A program made the translations under genes and the position numbers. 64,000 nucleotides of DNA. Source: the human T2T-CHM13v2.0 reference genome, Homo sapiens. Below the pieces are notes generated by a model, which saw nothing but the letters and a program-made list of their open reading frames with translations, made no database searches and was not told the origin of the DNA. Below are positions 39,719-57,201 of the stretch, piece after piece (the stretch's first letter is position 1; every line of letters begins with the position of its first letter). The stretch is from the NCBI RefSeq assembly GCF_009914755.1, contig NC_060941.1; one strand, written 5' to 3'.

Positions 39719-42700
39719 TAATTAGGAAGAACTGGGGTTTTTACAGTTTCCAAACTCACTGGGAGTCAAGGATTGAGACAAAGTACAAGCTAGATTTGGC
39801 AACATCCAGGGTCATGCATGGGAACCTGGGAGCCCCATGCCCCACTGCCTATTTGCAGGGCCCTGGGTCTTGGGTGGCCCTAGTTCAGTGTGTGCATGTG
39901 TGTGAAATGCAAGGTGATGAGGTCAGTATCTCAACTCCCAGTTACTGGTCCAGTTGCTAAGAACTTGCCTGACCATAACCATCCTTTCCCAACTCACAGA
40001 ATGTCAGGTTCTGATGCCAGTGATTGGAAAGAAATGGCGGTGAGCAAGGAGAGGGGGCAATGCTGGGCAGCCATGCCACCTTTATGTCCCCTGTGGCCAG
40101 AGACGTGGGTCCAGGGCCCTTCTCAGTGCCCAGCTCGGTCCAGCCAGCTGCCCATGGCCCTGGTGGGAGGAGGTAGGCTGGACGCCTTCTGACACTTCCT
40201 GGGTAACTGAGCGGGGCAAGCAGCAAACAGCAGGCTCCTGGGGAAATCTCAGACTTGTGTGTCAGAGCGGATCTGTGTCTGGGGTGGTAAGTGGGGTTAA
40301 ACTCAAGGTCAGACCTAGCCAATCCATTTTCGCGCCAACATGGCCTTGGGTGTCCTCCATTCCAGTGGCTGGGACCCAGGTGCCCACTCAGCTGGAGACA
40401 GCACTGCTGGGAGCCTAATGCCTGGTTTGTCCCTCTGCTTCACACACTGGTTGCTTGCCTGATTTCTGCCTGTGCCTAGGATTTATAAGGAAGGGAGTTG
40501 TGGCATGTGGATCCCAGGCCTCCGTTCTACTCCCAAATTTCAGGTGCTAATCTCTCCATGAGTTTCAGTGACCTCAGAAAAGGAAATGGGATTAAGCTGC
40601 AATTTAAGGGGTTGTGGGAAGACAGCTGAAAGAATGTCCCAGTCTTCAGTAGAGGAGGTGGGAGGTGGCTGTAAACTGCCTAAATCGGGGGAACACTACC
40701 AGGAATCTCAAATTGCTGTACAATGCAGACACAGTCAATCAGCCTCCACCTACTTAGATCTCTAAGTGCTTAGAGATCACCAACCTGTCCCAGGCTCCTG
40801 AGTCTATTACCTCACTCCTCCTTGTTCTCTGCCTTTCCCAGGCTACTGTGGTTATGATTTGTGGCAGAAGTTGGGAAGGCAGAAAAGGAGAGAAGGAGGG
40901 AAAAGGACAATCTGAGAACAAGCTGGAGGGCCAAAGTGGACCCCTTGCAGAGTTGGCAAGATGGCAAAGGGGATGCAGTGGCAGGTGAATTAGTTCAGAT
41001 GGGCAAGAAATGTAGGATAAGTCAGCAAGCTGCCTTTGCGCAGGAGATCCCTAGGTGAGAAGGTAAGAAGGGCTTCCACATGCGGCAGTAGCCTCAGTGT
41101 TTCTGGAATGGAGTTTGTATATATGTTGTGGGTGGGGTAGGGGGAACAGAAGAAGAGCTGCAGCATCCTGCCTTTGAGGAGGAAGATGGTACAACAGGAA
41201 GGCCAGGAGGTGGGCTGCAGGTAAAATGTCCCCGTGAGACAGGGTTGAGGGAAGCAGAGGGCCAGCTGCTGGGCCTGCAGCCTTCTTGCCCCCACTCCCA
41301 GCTCACCCGCCCACTGCGAACACTCCTCAGCTCCCCCACCCCATTCTGGCCCACAGCCCTGGGGAAGCGACATGGCGTTCTCACCACGGACCCAGTGCCG
41401 GCTGTGGCTTCTTCCCTCTGACCTATTTTTTAATCATTTGATGGGATTTTTCCCCCCCAAACCAAACCCCCAGCCCCCTGGGCCCGTCAGCTCCACCGCG
41501 TGTCAAAACCACCCCTGTCACTTTGCGTTGGTTTCTCAGTCCAGCCAGCCCCTCCCCGCAGGGCCTGAGAGCGATGGCTAATTACCCAGCTGCTGAACGC
41601 CCCCCACTCCTGCCCCTCCACCCCTAGCCCTGACAGAGGGGCCCTGGAGGACTGCTGGGAGAAGCTGGGGCCTCCTCACCCTCCCACTGCTTGGCAGGAA
41701 GTCCTTCCTGCTGTCTAACCTCCATTCTTCCCTCTGTCCTGCCCCTAGTGGTGCTGAATCGCAGACACAGAGGCTGTTGGTACTATAAGGGTCTTTGGGA
41801 TACCTCCTTAAGGGACAGAAAGGGGCAACTAGTCTTCTGTCCTGGGTTTAGGGATGTCTTCTGTCACTCTGGCTCTCTAACAGAATTCTAGGGGATGGTC
41901 CTTGCTGTCTCATTTTACAGAGCAGAAAACTGCGACACACAGAGGGAAAGGGCCTAGCCCAAGGTGATCTACGCCAGTGGCGGAGCCAGAATCAGAACCT
42001 AGAGTTCCATGTTTGTCTTTCCACCTGTTTCTGGGTCCTGTTTCTGGTATGTAGAGGGCCCACCCCCACATACCAACTAGGTCTGTTTCTGTTTCTGTGC
42101 AACTCCGCTGCCAGCCCTGAGCAGGTGTGTTCCCTGCCATGCCCTCTCTCCCTTGCCCCCTGGCCACACAGAGCTTCACCCTGGCATTTCAGGGCTGGGC
42201 AGCTTGCTTCAGGCACTATTTAGGAATGGGACTCTTTCCCCCAATACCACCCATGCCCTTTTCCCTCTTCCTCTCTCATTCATCCCTAACCAAGTCCGTA
42301 AGTCTGCTCTGTCTCACCCGCACCCTGAGACATTAACCAGGTGGACAAGGCAAAAAGCTCTAGGCCAGACACAGGAAGGCCAGAGCCAACTCACAGATGA
42401 GGCCTAGTCCCAGATGGACAGATAGACATGCAGGAGATACATGGAGCGCTGGATAGCCCTGGAGACACGGACAGTGACATGAAGATGCAGAGACAGACAC
42501 AAACACGCTACAGAGACAAGGCAAGTTCCGAGGCCCACAGGTAACAGACAGACACAGAGACGCAGACAGAGGCACAGAACCTACACTCAGGACCAGCGTG
42601 CAGACCTCTCACAGGTCCCAGGGATAGGAGTGGACGTAAAGAGGATACACAAGACGCAGGCAAAAACACAGGGACCCAGAGAGGGGCCGAATCAGACCAG

Positions 42701-44799
42701 AGGAACCCAGACACTCAGGAGCCCTGAGAGACATGGGCACACAGGGCTGCCCACAGATCCCAGGAAGCCAGAGAGAACCTTGGGGAGAGAGGAGGCCCCA
42801 GGGGGTGGGTGGCCCTCTGAAGGACAGCGAGGCCTGGCCTGGCAGAGCCTGACTGTGCCAGGAAGTCATGCCAAGATGGCAAGATGGGAAGCAGAGAGGA
42901 GCTTGGCAGCGTGGGGGTTAACCCCTCAGCCTGTGCCCTCCCTCCAAGTCCCTTTTCCTTGGCTCTTCTTTTTCTTCCCTCCTCTCCCAGCTCCTTTTAC
43001 CCAAAGCCCTGGATATTTCCCGCCTCCCCAGCCCAACTCCTGGTAACCAGACCCTGCTTCCTGCCTGAGATTAAGGGCCTGTCTGCTGAGAGGCAGGAAG
43101 GGTGGGGGCACAGCTTCTCCCCAGTGCCTCCTGAAGCTTGGGCTTGCCCATCCATACTGTGGCATGCCCTCCTGATAACAGAGTTACCCAAGTACCTGAT
43201 GTCTGAATATCCCTTCAGGAGGGCGCAGGAGCCCTAGCCTGGGAGTGCAGCGGGGGCGGCCTACTGCATGCGTGGGTGTGCATGGAGGGTGTGGGTCTTA
43301 TGTGAAATGCTGGCAGGGGTGAGAGCAGCTAGAGATAGAGAGAGGATAGATGATTCAAAATAAGATGCCACGGAGAAGGAGGACTGAAAGGCACCCAGGC
43401 CTGGCCTGGAGCCCAGGGGTAAGGGCCGCTCAGGCTTGGTGGGGGGTGTGTGGGGAAGGGTGACCCAGCCTGCAGATGAGAGCCTGGAGCCCTTGACCTT
43501 GGGAGGAGCCCTCTGTTCTGTGTTCACACTGACCACCTGGTGCTGGGTGCTGGGGACTCGGAACTCCTGCAGCTGTCACGGGGCGGGGGGGTTCTACAGG
43601 TGCTTGTCCCTCCCCTTCCCCCCTCTCTGGCTGTTAATCTGATGGTTCCGGCCATGCCCTCTGAAGGACTGGCAGTCTGGGCCCAGAGGGGGAGGGGATT
43701 CAGGGCACGCGGGGTGGGCAGAGTCAGATGCTGAAGGAGCTCTGGGATGCTGGATGTGGGGCAAGAGCAGGCGGTGGGGCTGCAGGGACTGGATCGCAGA
43801 GATTTCCCTAGCATAGCTCTGCATGGGGTGTGTGTGCACATGCGTGGATGATGGCGTGTGTGCACGTGGTGTGTTGTGAGTCTACACCCCAGGAGCAAGA
43901 GGGCTGAGGGGGTCACTTTGCTAGGAGCTCTTTGGGGGCAGGGACTGACCCTAATTTATCTTTGTGATCCCAGATCTCCAAGGGCCTGGCTTATCCCAGC
44001 GCTCAGGTACCCAGGGAATGGTATATGGGTATCAGGAGGGGAAGCCTGTCCCTTTCTAATATGTGAGTCTTATGAACAGAGGGGCTCTCTTTTGGCCCCA
44101 GGCCCTGAGTGGAGGCTGAGGATGGACCTGAAGGACACTTTGTGGATGAGCCACTAAGCCAGAGGGAGGAAAGGGCAGGTGTAAGTGGCTGGGAGTAGAG
44201 GAAAGAGGGCTTAGCACAGTTTATGCCTCTGTTTTGTTTCAGCCTTAGGACAGCATCCCTCAACCTTCACATGACAGACCCAGTCAGTCCTGGCAGAGGT
44301 CTGATAGCTCCATTTACTGACAAAAAAAACCCAGAGAGGTTAAGATACTTTAATAGATAGCACAGCCAGTAAGGGTTGGGATTGAGGTTCCAACCCAGCC
44401 ACCCAACTAAGTCTCCCCACCCCATTTCTCTCTGCCCCAGCTCCAGCACCCCCAGGCCTCTCTGCCTCTGCAGACTTTCCTCCCATTGGCCCATCTCTGT
44501 CTGTCTCCTTTCTTTCATGCCCCTCTCGCAGGCCCAGCCTGAGACTTTCCCACTGAGTCACGATCTGGGTCCCTGACTTTGTGGTCCCTGTCCCTCTCTG
44601 GGTCTAAATCTTTCTTTCAGAAATGCACCCTAAGCCTCTCACTTTGCTCTCTCTTTCTTTTCACGCCTTCTCCCCAACTCGCTGCCCCCTCTCTTTTACT
44701 ATCTACCCTCTCACAGCCTCTAAGGCTCTGCCCAGCAGGGTGGAGGGTGGAAATCCTGGGTCCTGGTGCCATGCCATGCTCCACTAACAGTTTCCAGTA

Positions 44800-45254
<455 letters not shown>

Positions 45255-45751
45255 TCATCTGGTCCTAGAGCATCAATAAGGAAATCTCAATGCCTGCAGC
45301 CACCCTCCTCAGGCATGAAACCTCCTCCACCGCCCTCAGTGTGCATACCCAGCAAGCTCAAGGCACACTGACTCGCAGGATGGGACTTGGAGATGGGACA
45401 GCAAAATGGGAGGGAGCCTGAGAGTGGGGTGCATGGACTCCCTGAAGTCCAACGCATCACCTGGAGTCCTTAAACATACAGATTCTAGAGACCCGCCACA
45501 GGCCTGGGCCTCAGAATCTCTAGAAGCAAGTCCCAGAAATCCACATCGTTGTGGCTTCCTGGCATAGTCTGCAGCCCACAGGTGAAGCAAGTGCTGTGTG
45601 ACCTTCGGGGAGCCTCTCTCATTTTGAGTCTTCATGGGAAACAGTTTGAAAGGAAGCCCTGAACGTTTGCAGAGGACAACAGCGTGGAGAGAACCAGTGT
45701 CTAGGCTGTGGGATTAGGCATGATTTTCTTTTCTGTTTTCTAAACCTTTTC

Positions 45752-46230
<479 letters not shown>

Positions 46231-48879
46231 TGTTTTCTAAACCTTTTCCAGTGTTAGTATGATTCTTCCTCATTCTTGTGGGAAGAGCACTGGCCTGGGA
46301 GTCAAGAGACCTGGGTTCTAGCTTCAGCTCTGCCACAAATGCACTGTGTGAGTTTGGTGTCTTATTCCATTTTGCATAGTTACCATCCACCGTGTCTCAT
46401 AAAATGTGATGCTGGTTGGAGGCCATGTCTCTCTCATTCCTGGACACTTATCTTGTGTTTCTTCACTCCGGTCTCACCAGGACCAGCCTCATAATGCTCC
46501 CTGTATTGATGGGATAGAGAGGGCTGGGAGGAGCAGCCATGGGGAAGTGAGGGGATCCCAGGGGGCCTCATCTCCTCACTCCTCTTCTCCCACCTTTCCA
46601 GCCCCAGGGCCCGGGAGGAGGGTGAGGTGGCAGCTGGAGGAGAAGGTGTCACTGCCAGGGCCCTTATTCTCACCCAAGCTGGCAGAGGGGCGGGACTGGC
46701 AGCAGTGACACCAGGGCCACTCAGCCCCCGCTTTTCACAAGCACTTTCTTTTTTGGGTGGAAGAAATTGGAGAGAGGGGGTGAGAAATCGGGGATTGAGG
46801 AACCAGGCTGTAAGACCCTATAACAGCCTGTCAGGTTCTAGAGAGACCACCCCCAGCCTTCCTCTTCCTCCAGAGGCATGGCCCCAGGGCCACCTGATTC
46901 TGAGATTCATAATTCCACCTGCCCCAGAAAGCTGGGTGGGAGCTCATGTCATCCTGTTCAGAGGCAAGGGGATGAATCACTTGACCTGAGGATTAATGTG
47001 GAAAAGAGGAGGGGGAGAGAGAGGGAGGAGCAAGACTCCATTTGATCTTCAACAGCCAAGCACTGAGCAAAAATGTCCCCCAAAGGGGTGTCAGCATTCA
47101 ACAGTCTCACATCTCCTAGGGAATCAGTCATTCAGGAGGGTCTTACTGAAAGCTCTCATGTTTCCCCAAAAGTAGTGAAGGATCCCAAGGTCACCCTCTC
47201 TTCCAAGCAATGCTGCCCCACTTTGAACATCAGGCAGAAACTTCCCTGTTCCTTAAGGTACGGAGAAATGGTGGGTAAGGTGTTGGGGAGGAGGCCAGTC
47301 CTGTGTTTCTGGTACTGTCATGTATCCGGTCTCCAACCTCAAAAGATGTGCTGATTCTCTCTCCCCCAAGCCTCCCTGGGTCATGCCCACCTCCTGGAGT
47401 CCCCAGCTTTGCCTTTGCCTGCCAACTTGCCTCTTGGTTCAGCTCTATTTGGGAGCAGAGAGTCCCCATAGGCCCCTAAGGGTGAAGCCCTGTCAGGCTG
47501 GGACAGAAATGTAGAGCTGGGGCCAGTTCCCAGGGGAGAACTGGGGAGGACTGGGGTGAAGGTAGAGAGAGGAGAAGTTAAACTTTAACATGACAAAAAT
47601 ATTAAAGTATTTTTCAAAGTACTCTTAAAAATGTAAATCTTTATCTATATACTGATATGCAAAATATTCCATGACACCTTGTGGAGTGAAAAAAAAGTAC
47701 ACATTATAAAGCAGCATGTGTAGTGTTTATATAAATTATATATTTGTGCATGTGTGCAAAAGACAGAGACAGAGAGTATATAAGGAGTGAGGTCTCAGAG
47801 GGTGTTCACTGAAATGTTAATCCTGTTTGGCTTTAGGGGGTGGAATTTGGGGTGATTTATACAGTCTTGTTTTTACTTTTCTGTGCTGCTTAAATTTCCT
47901 ATATAAGTATGTTTCATCTTTATACACAGGAAAACTCCCAATGATGCTATTTTCAATTGGGGGGGGGGAAACGGATAGTTTTCATCATAAAAGGAGTCTA
48001 ATACATTAGTTAACATAAAAGGAAAATGGAGAAAGAAAAGCCTCCATCGTCCTATCTCCGAGGCAGCCCTTCAGAGCATGTGGTGGGTTTCCTTCCTGTC
48101 AGCCGGCTCTGAATCTGTTCAAAGCAGCTTTTCCATCCAGGTATAATAATAGATTGGAAAGTGCTGCACACGTACACCCTCTCATGTAAGGCTTGCAGCC
48201 CCCCTGAAAAGTAGATCTGTTTATTTCCCCCAGTCTATGGATGAGGCACGTGAGGTTGACTTTCAGGCAAGGAAAATGACTTGCCTGGGTCACATATACC
48301 TGGCAGGCAGAGCCAGACCTGGGACTCTCAGCACTGGCAGCCCAATGCTACTTCCAGTGCCCATGACTGCCATGCAGGGTAGGGGAGCTTTTGTGGGCCC
48401 TGCCAGGCCCAGCTCAGGGCCCTGCAAACCCCTGGCTGCTGCTGATGCAGTGCGCTTTAAGGAACATTTCCTGTTGTCCATCAGGTTCCAGGTCTGCCCC
48501 CAGGGCTAGAGCTACAAGATGCAGCCAACTCAGCACATGTGGACCTCTGGTGGGGAGAAAGAGGGCAACCCGAAAGGTCACTTAGCACAGAGTCTGGGCA
48601 CACAGTAGGTATCAATAAAGATCGATTGAATGTTCATGGTCAAAGTTGCTTCTAGTGTGCCCGTGCTCCGAGCCTCTGAGTGCCAGGAGAATGCCCAGCG
48701 AGTCCCACTTGGGCCATCTCGGAAGGCTTCCTGTAGGAGAGGGCCTTTGAGCTGAGACTTCAAAGCTGGGCTGAATTTCCCCGAGGGTCCAGAAGAGAGC
48801 CACGGGCTGGTGTGTCAGGCAGCGGAGCTGACACTCCCAGAAAGCAAGATCTTCGAACTACAGGGTGCGCGCAGGCTCT

Positions 48880-49830
48880 CGCTTCTCTCCACCATGGGGG
48901 GCCCTGCAGTACTCGCCAAGAGCGTAGAATTTGCCTAGTATTAGCCACGAGAGGGCGGGGTGGGGCGAGGCGGAGCAGGGCCGAGGTGGCGGAGTGGGGG
49001 GGAGCCGGAGAGCTTCATAAAGCCACAGCAAAGCGCTGCGACTCTAGTGACAGCGGCCCGCTGGAGAGGAAGCCCGAGAGCTGCCGCGCGCCTGCCGGAC
49101 GAGGGCGTAGAAGCCAGGCGTCAGAGCCCGGGCTCCGGTGGGGTCCCCCACCCGGCCCTCGGGTCCCCCGCCCCCTGCTCCCTGCCCATCCCAGCCCACG
49201 CGACCCTCTCGCGCGCGGAGGGGCGGGTCCTCGACGGCTACGGGAAGGTGCCAGCCCGCCCCGGATGGGCATCGTGGAGCCGGGTTGCGGAGACATGCTG
49301 ACGGGCACCGAGCCGATGCCGGGGAGCGACGAGGGCCGGGCGCCTGGCGCCGACCCGCAGCACCGCTACTTCTACCCGGAGCCGGGCGCGCAGGACGCGG
49401 ACGAGCGTCGCGGGGGCGGCAGCCTGGGGTCTCCCTACCCGGGGGGCGCCTTGGTGCCCGCCCCGCCGAGCCGCTTCCTTGGAGCCTACGCCTACCCGCC
49501 GCGACCCCAGGCGGCCGGCTTCCCCGGCGCGGGCGAGTCCTTCCCGCCGCCCGCGGACGCCGAGGGCTACCAGCCGGGCGAGGGCTACGCCGCCCCGGAC
49601 CCGCGCGCCGGGCTCTACCCGGGGCCGCGTGAGGACTACGCGCTACCCGCGGGACTGGAGGTGTCGGGGAAACTGAGGGTCGCGCTCAACAACCACCTGT
49701 TGTGGTCCAAGTTTAATCAGCACCAGACAGAGATGATCATCACCAAGCAGGGACGGTGAGTGCGGCGCGCCGGCCCTTGGGGCCTCTGTGCCCGCGCCGG
49801 AACAAGAACGTCTCGTCTGTTTTTCTGGCT
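48880..49830 (+). promoter_or_regulatory. TBX21: TBX21 promoter / CpG island
   Basis: GC boxes 48953-48975, TATA-like CATAAA 49016-49021, CpG-rich through exon 1. Confidence 0.88.
49265..49755 (+). CDS. TBX21: T-box transcription factor T-bet, exon 1 (MGIVEPGCGD...IITKQGR)
   Basis: Recognised N-terminus and T-box start LWSKFNQHQTEMIITKQGR; |gtgagt; 491 nt. Confidence 0.98.
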
Positions 49831-50363
49831 CGACAATGCTTCTGACTCCGTGTCCCTCACTGCTTTGGCTTCAGCGTAGGGAGACAGGGGAATGGGGTTG
49901 TTAGGAGGACAGGGAAAGCTCCGGAGGGGCGTCTGTGCCCAGGCTGTTGCACCAACAGCCAGAGGACTCACAAGGGAGACGGGTGAGTGCGGGACAGTGA
50001 GAAGTCACCTTGATTTAGGGGAAGGGTGACTGTGGCTTCACCTAGAATTGGTGTGCGCCCCTGCCCCACTCTCTACTGTAGAGGAGTCGCAGCGGGCAGT
50101 GAAAGCCTGTGCTCTGGGCGGACAGGACGCCTGGGCCTCCTGTGTGGGAAACTGGAGGGGAAGGGAGCCCCTTATCTCCGGGCCCCCTGCGCCCACCTCC
50201 CCCGGCTCCTTTGCTGCTGGTGTGCTCAGGTCAGCTTTAGTGGTGGTAGTGGTGGTGGTAGCGGTGGTGGTGGTGTGTGTGTACGGGGGGAGATTGGGAT
50301 TTGGTGACATGGAGAAGCAGTCGCCAAGTTTCCTTTCCGGTCTTACTTTGAGATCATATGTCT

Positions 50364-50364
<1 letters not shown>

Positions 50365-50427
<63 letters not shown>

Positions 50428-50441
50428 TGTGGGTGTGTGTG
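50365..50441. repeat. (GT)28 microsatellite plus imperfect tail, TBX21 intron 1
   Basis: Read directly. Confidence 0.95.
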
Positions 50442-53412
50442 TATGGGGGCTAGTGCAGTAAAGCTTGTAGGGGGCACAGATCCCTTCCAGGCACAAATGC
50501 CCACGGGCTGGGCAGATGAAGCTCACCCAGGGGTCCAGCCTGGTAGCCAGCCCCACACTGCACCCTTTGAGGCTGGTCCAGTGAAAACCTTCCCCACACT
50601 CCTGTCCAGAAATTCACCGGTTCAGCCTGGAGAAGTGGGGAAGGGGTGTCCCATGGCTTCATGGCTCAGGGTTCCTGAGCCCCGTGCGTGATGGGGAGAG
50701 TTTGGGGCTGAGGGTGCTGCTTCCGGATAGAGCCTCCTGCGCAAGGAAAGAAACAGAAACCTGTGACTTGTGTGGTATTTGTTTAGTAAGCAACCCCCGG
50801 AGTGGACTGTGTCTGATGTGGGCTGTGCGCACCCACCCTTCCCAGTGCGGCCCATGTGAGCAGGGGACCAGCGAGGACCAGTGTGGAAGGGCTGTTGTCA
50901 TTGGTGGACCTGGGATGCTGGGTCCCAGGTCCGAGAGGTGTGGATACCAAACGTGGGGCTTGGGGTGGAGGGGAGAGGGAGAAGGCCATGTTGGACCCCA
51001 GAGGTTGGTATTCGATCTGGGCATTGCTGGAACATTCTTCCCTCCAGATGATTTTTGTGGGGTAGCCTGGGACTGGGGAACCTGTTGCCAGCCACAACTG
51101 GCTTCAAGTTACTGAGCTGTTCCACTTTCCCTGGGATGAACCCAGGAAAGTTGGCGTGTTCTTTGATGGCTCAGCCTTCATCTCTTAAGCCTTCTGATAA
51201 TTTCTCTCTGCTCCCCCCAACCCTAGTCACCCTTTGGGTGTACCCAGACACAGCCCAAGCTTCTGGTCCCAATGTGTCTGAATTGGAAGGGACCCAGAAG
51301 ATCCTGTCCCTCTCACTGCACAGACAGGGAAACAGGCCCAGAGATAGCAAGAGACTCTTCCAAGGTCACACAACACACTCATTGCAGGCAGAGCTGGCAC
51401 TACAGCCCAGATAGTATTTGCTTGGGTTTCTTTCTCTGGCCCCCTACGGCCACCAGTAAAAACAGCCACCCACGCTCTCTGAAGGCCCTGATGCATTCAG
51501 AGTGCTTTCACTTCCATTATTTCACTGTGCGTTAGGTAGGCCAAGCAGTCTCCCCATTTTACAGTTGAGGTCACTGAGTTGCAGGGTCAGCTAGGGGCTT
51601 GCACTCCATCACACAGCAGACCAGAAGTGGGGCCTCTTAACCTTCCACTCTGTTGTGTGGTCAGGAGGACTTCCCACCCTGGGCCCTTGCTGGGGTCTCC
51701 CCACAGCCTCTGCCAGGCCTCTGCCTCCTCCTGCCAGACTTGAGGGATGGGGTGGATGGAGCATCAGCCAGCACTCTAGGGAGTTGGCCAGTGCTAGGGG
51801 GCTGCCTCTCTGCCTGTAGAGCCAGCTTCAGGGAGGCTGTAGAGCACTTCAGGGAGGCACTTGAGGGGATGATTCTCGAAGTGTGTATCACCATCTCTAC
51901 TCCCATGGCCTCCTTTCCTTGGTGTTCCTGCTGAGTAATTCTCACTTGACAAGTTTTTTTGTCCCCCTTTTAGATACATACACTTACATTTTTTTATTAT
52001 GAAAAATTCCACTACATACAAACATGGACAGAAGAATGTAACAGACTTCCATCCCCAGCTTCCACAGTTGTCAATATGGGTCCAATCTTGTTTCTGCATC
52101 CTCACTTCGCTTCTTCTGTCTGCAACTATATTAGTAATATAGTAATTACTAAGTACATTCTAGATATTATTTTATCTCTGCACCTCTAAAAATGACTTTT
52201 TAAAATGAATGCATTACCATTAGCAAACCTGAAAAGAATTTCCTAAATATCACCAAGCTTCTCTGATTGCTTCATAAATGTGTGTGTGTGTGTGTTTTCC
52301 AATCCTCACACTTTTTGCTCCATTCTGAGGGGCTCCATACGCGGGGTCCCTGTTGAAGGAGGCAGTGGCTCTTCACTGTTTCTTTTGGTGCTTTTTCTTG
52401 GATCAGGCTTCATAGACCCCACGCTGCCATGGAGGGGACAGAGGACACACAACCCCAATTCAGTCCCACTAGCCCCAGGTTACCTCCATACCTTCTCAGC
52501 TTGGGCTCCTGAGATCTGGGAAATCAGTGGCCATTTCCTCTCAAAACAGGCTTTTGGGCTTATAGCACAGCTTCCTTTCCGTCTTCCTGCTTTTGTGGGC
52601 TGGCCTATCCCTCCGTGGGTTCCAGTGACCCACCAGTCACACCACATCACCCATGACCTTCTTCCTTTTTGAAAGGTTCTCCCACCTCAGGCCCACCTAC
52701 AGCCTACAGCCCCACGGCTTTTTGCCTTGAGCTGACTCACGCCGTCCCGGATTCTTCCTCTCCCACCCACCCTGGATCTATCCCTCGGTATTGACCAGCG
52801 CCAGTGGCATGCTCTTCCCAACGGGCAGAAATGGGGCAGGGCACAGGGGGTGATTCCTGGGTCTGGAGATTGATCAAGGCAGCTCAGATGGGGCTGAGAG
52901 AGGGGAACTGAGAACAAAACGGTGGATTATCCCAGTAGGAGACTTTGGTGTCTACGTTTGTGTCTGGAGATTTGGGGCAGCCTGATAATGCCCCACACAG
53001 GCTTGTGCGAGGGTTTCTGTGTGGCAGTGTGTGTGTGTTGCGAATGTGTTGGCGAGTATATAATAGTTGATGGTAGACATTCTCAGTAGAGGAAGAGAGA
53101 GGCCTGTGTCTCTGTGGGTGTGTGGGTGTGTATTAATTGCTGGCAATCCCCACTTTCTGGGTGTGATTGGTTGATTATTATAATTAAGATAACTTTGGGT
53201 AGCTGTGTTGTGTTAAGCTCAATCTGCATTTGGATTTGTGCATGTGAAGACAGAGGTTGGTAAAACAACAATTTCAGTCCCACACTATCCTTGCTATCCT
53301 CACAGTCATTACAATTTTTTTTTGTCTCCACTTTCCCAACTCCAAGAACTTTAATTTTTTTATTTGTAATATTTTTCATGGGCCAGGAAGTGGACTTGAA
53401 CCTCCCACATAG

Positions 53413-56653
<3,241 letters not shown>

Positions 56654-56924
56654 CTAGGACACCTTCCCAAGGTTGTTAGGTAAGTTGTCCTGGGGACCTC
56701 TGGGGATTAGAAGTCCCTCAAAAACAGTTCCTAGGCCCCTGGAACCCTCCCTCCTCCAGGTTTCCTGACTCAGATAGGTCCCTTTTTCCTCATCCTTCAG
56801 GGCTTCTCATGAGAGGAGGGGGAAGTGTGTGGAAATGAAAAATAATTCTGATGAGGATTAGCTTCTGCCATTCTGAAAACTCTGCTCTTCCTGCTTGTGT
56901 TAGAAGAGAAAGGCTAAGCCATTG

Positions 56925-57201
56925 GAGCTGGTGATGGAATTGGTGCTGGTGGAGGTGGTGGTTGTAGTGACGGTACTACTGGTGGTGGTTGTGATGGTGA
57001 AGGTGGTGGCTGTAGATGGTGGTGCCCGTGCTGGTGCTGGTGGAGATCGTGGTTATCGTGATGGTGGAGGGGGCAGTTGTAGTGACGGTGGTTGTGATGG
57101 TGGTGATGGGTGGTTACAGTGCTACTGGTGGTGATGGTGCTGGTTGTAGTGGTGGTGGTGACGGGGCTAGTGAAGGTGTTAGTGGTGGAGATGGTGATGG
57201 T
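56925..57201. repeat. Degenerate (GGT/GAT)n trinucleotide tract
   Basis: Read directly; produces Val/Gly-rich pseudo-ORFs. Confidence 0.9.

Noticed and set aside
48812-49264. In-frame open extension upstream of the TBX21 ATG, including a CTG at 49061
   Set aside because: The ORF start lies upstream of the TATA-like box, open frames are expected at this GC content, and the CTG context is weak. Ribosome profiling would be needed.
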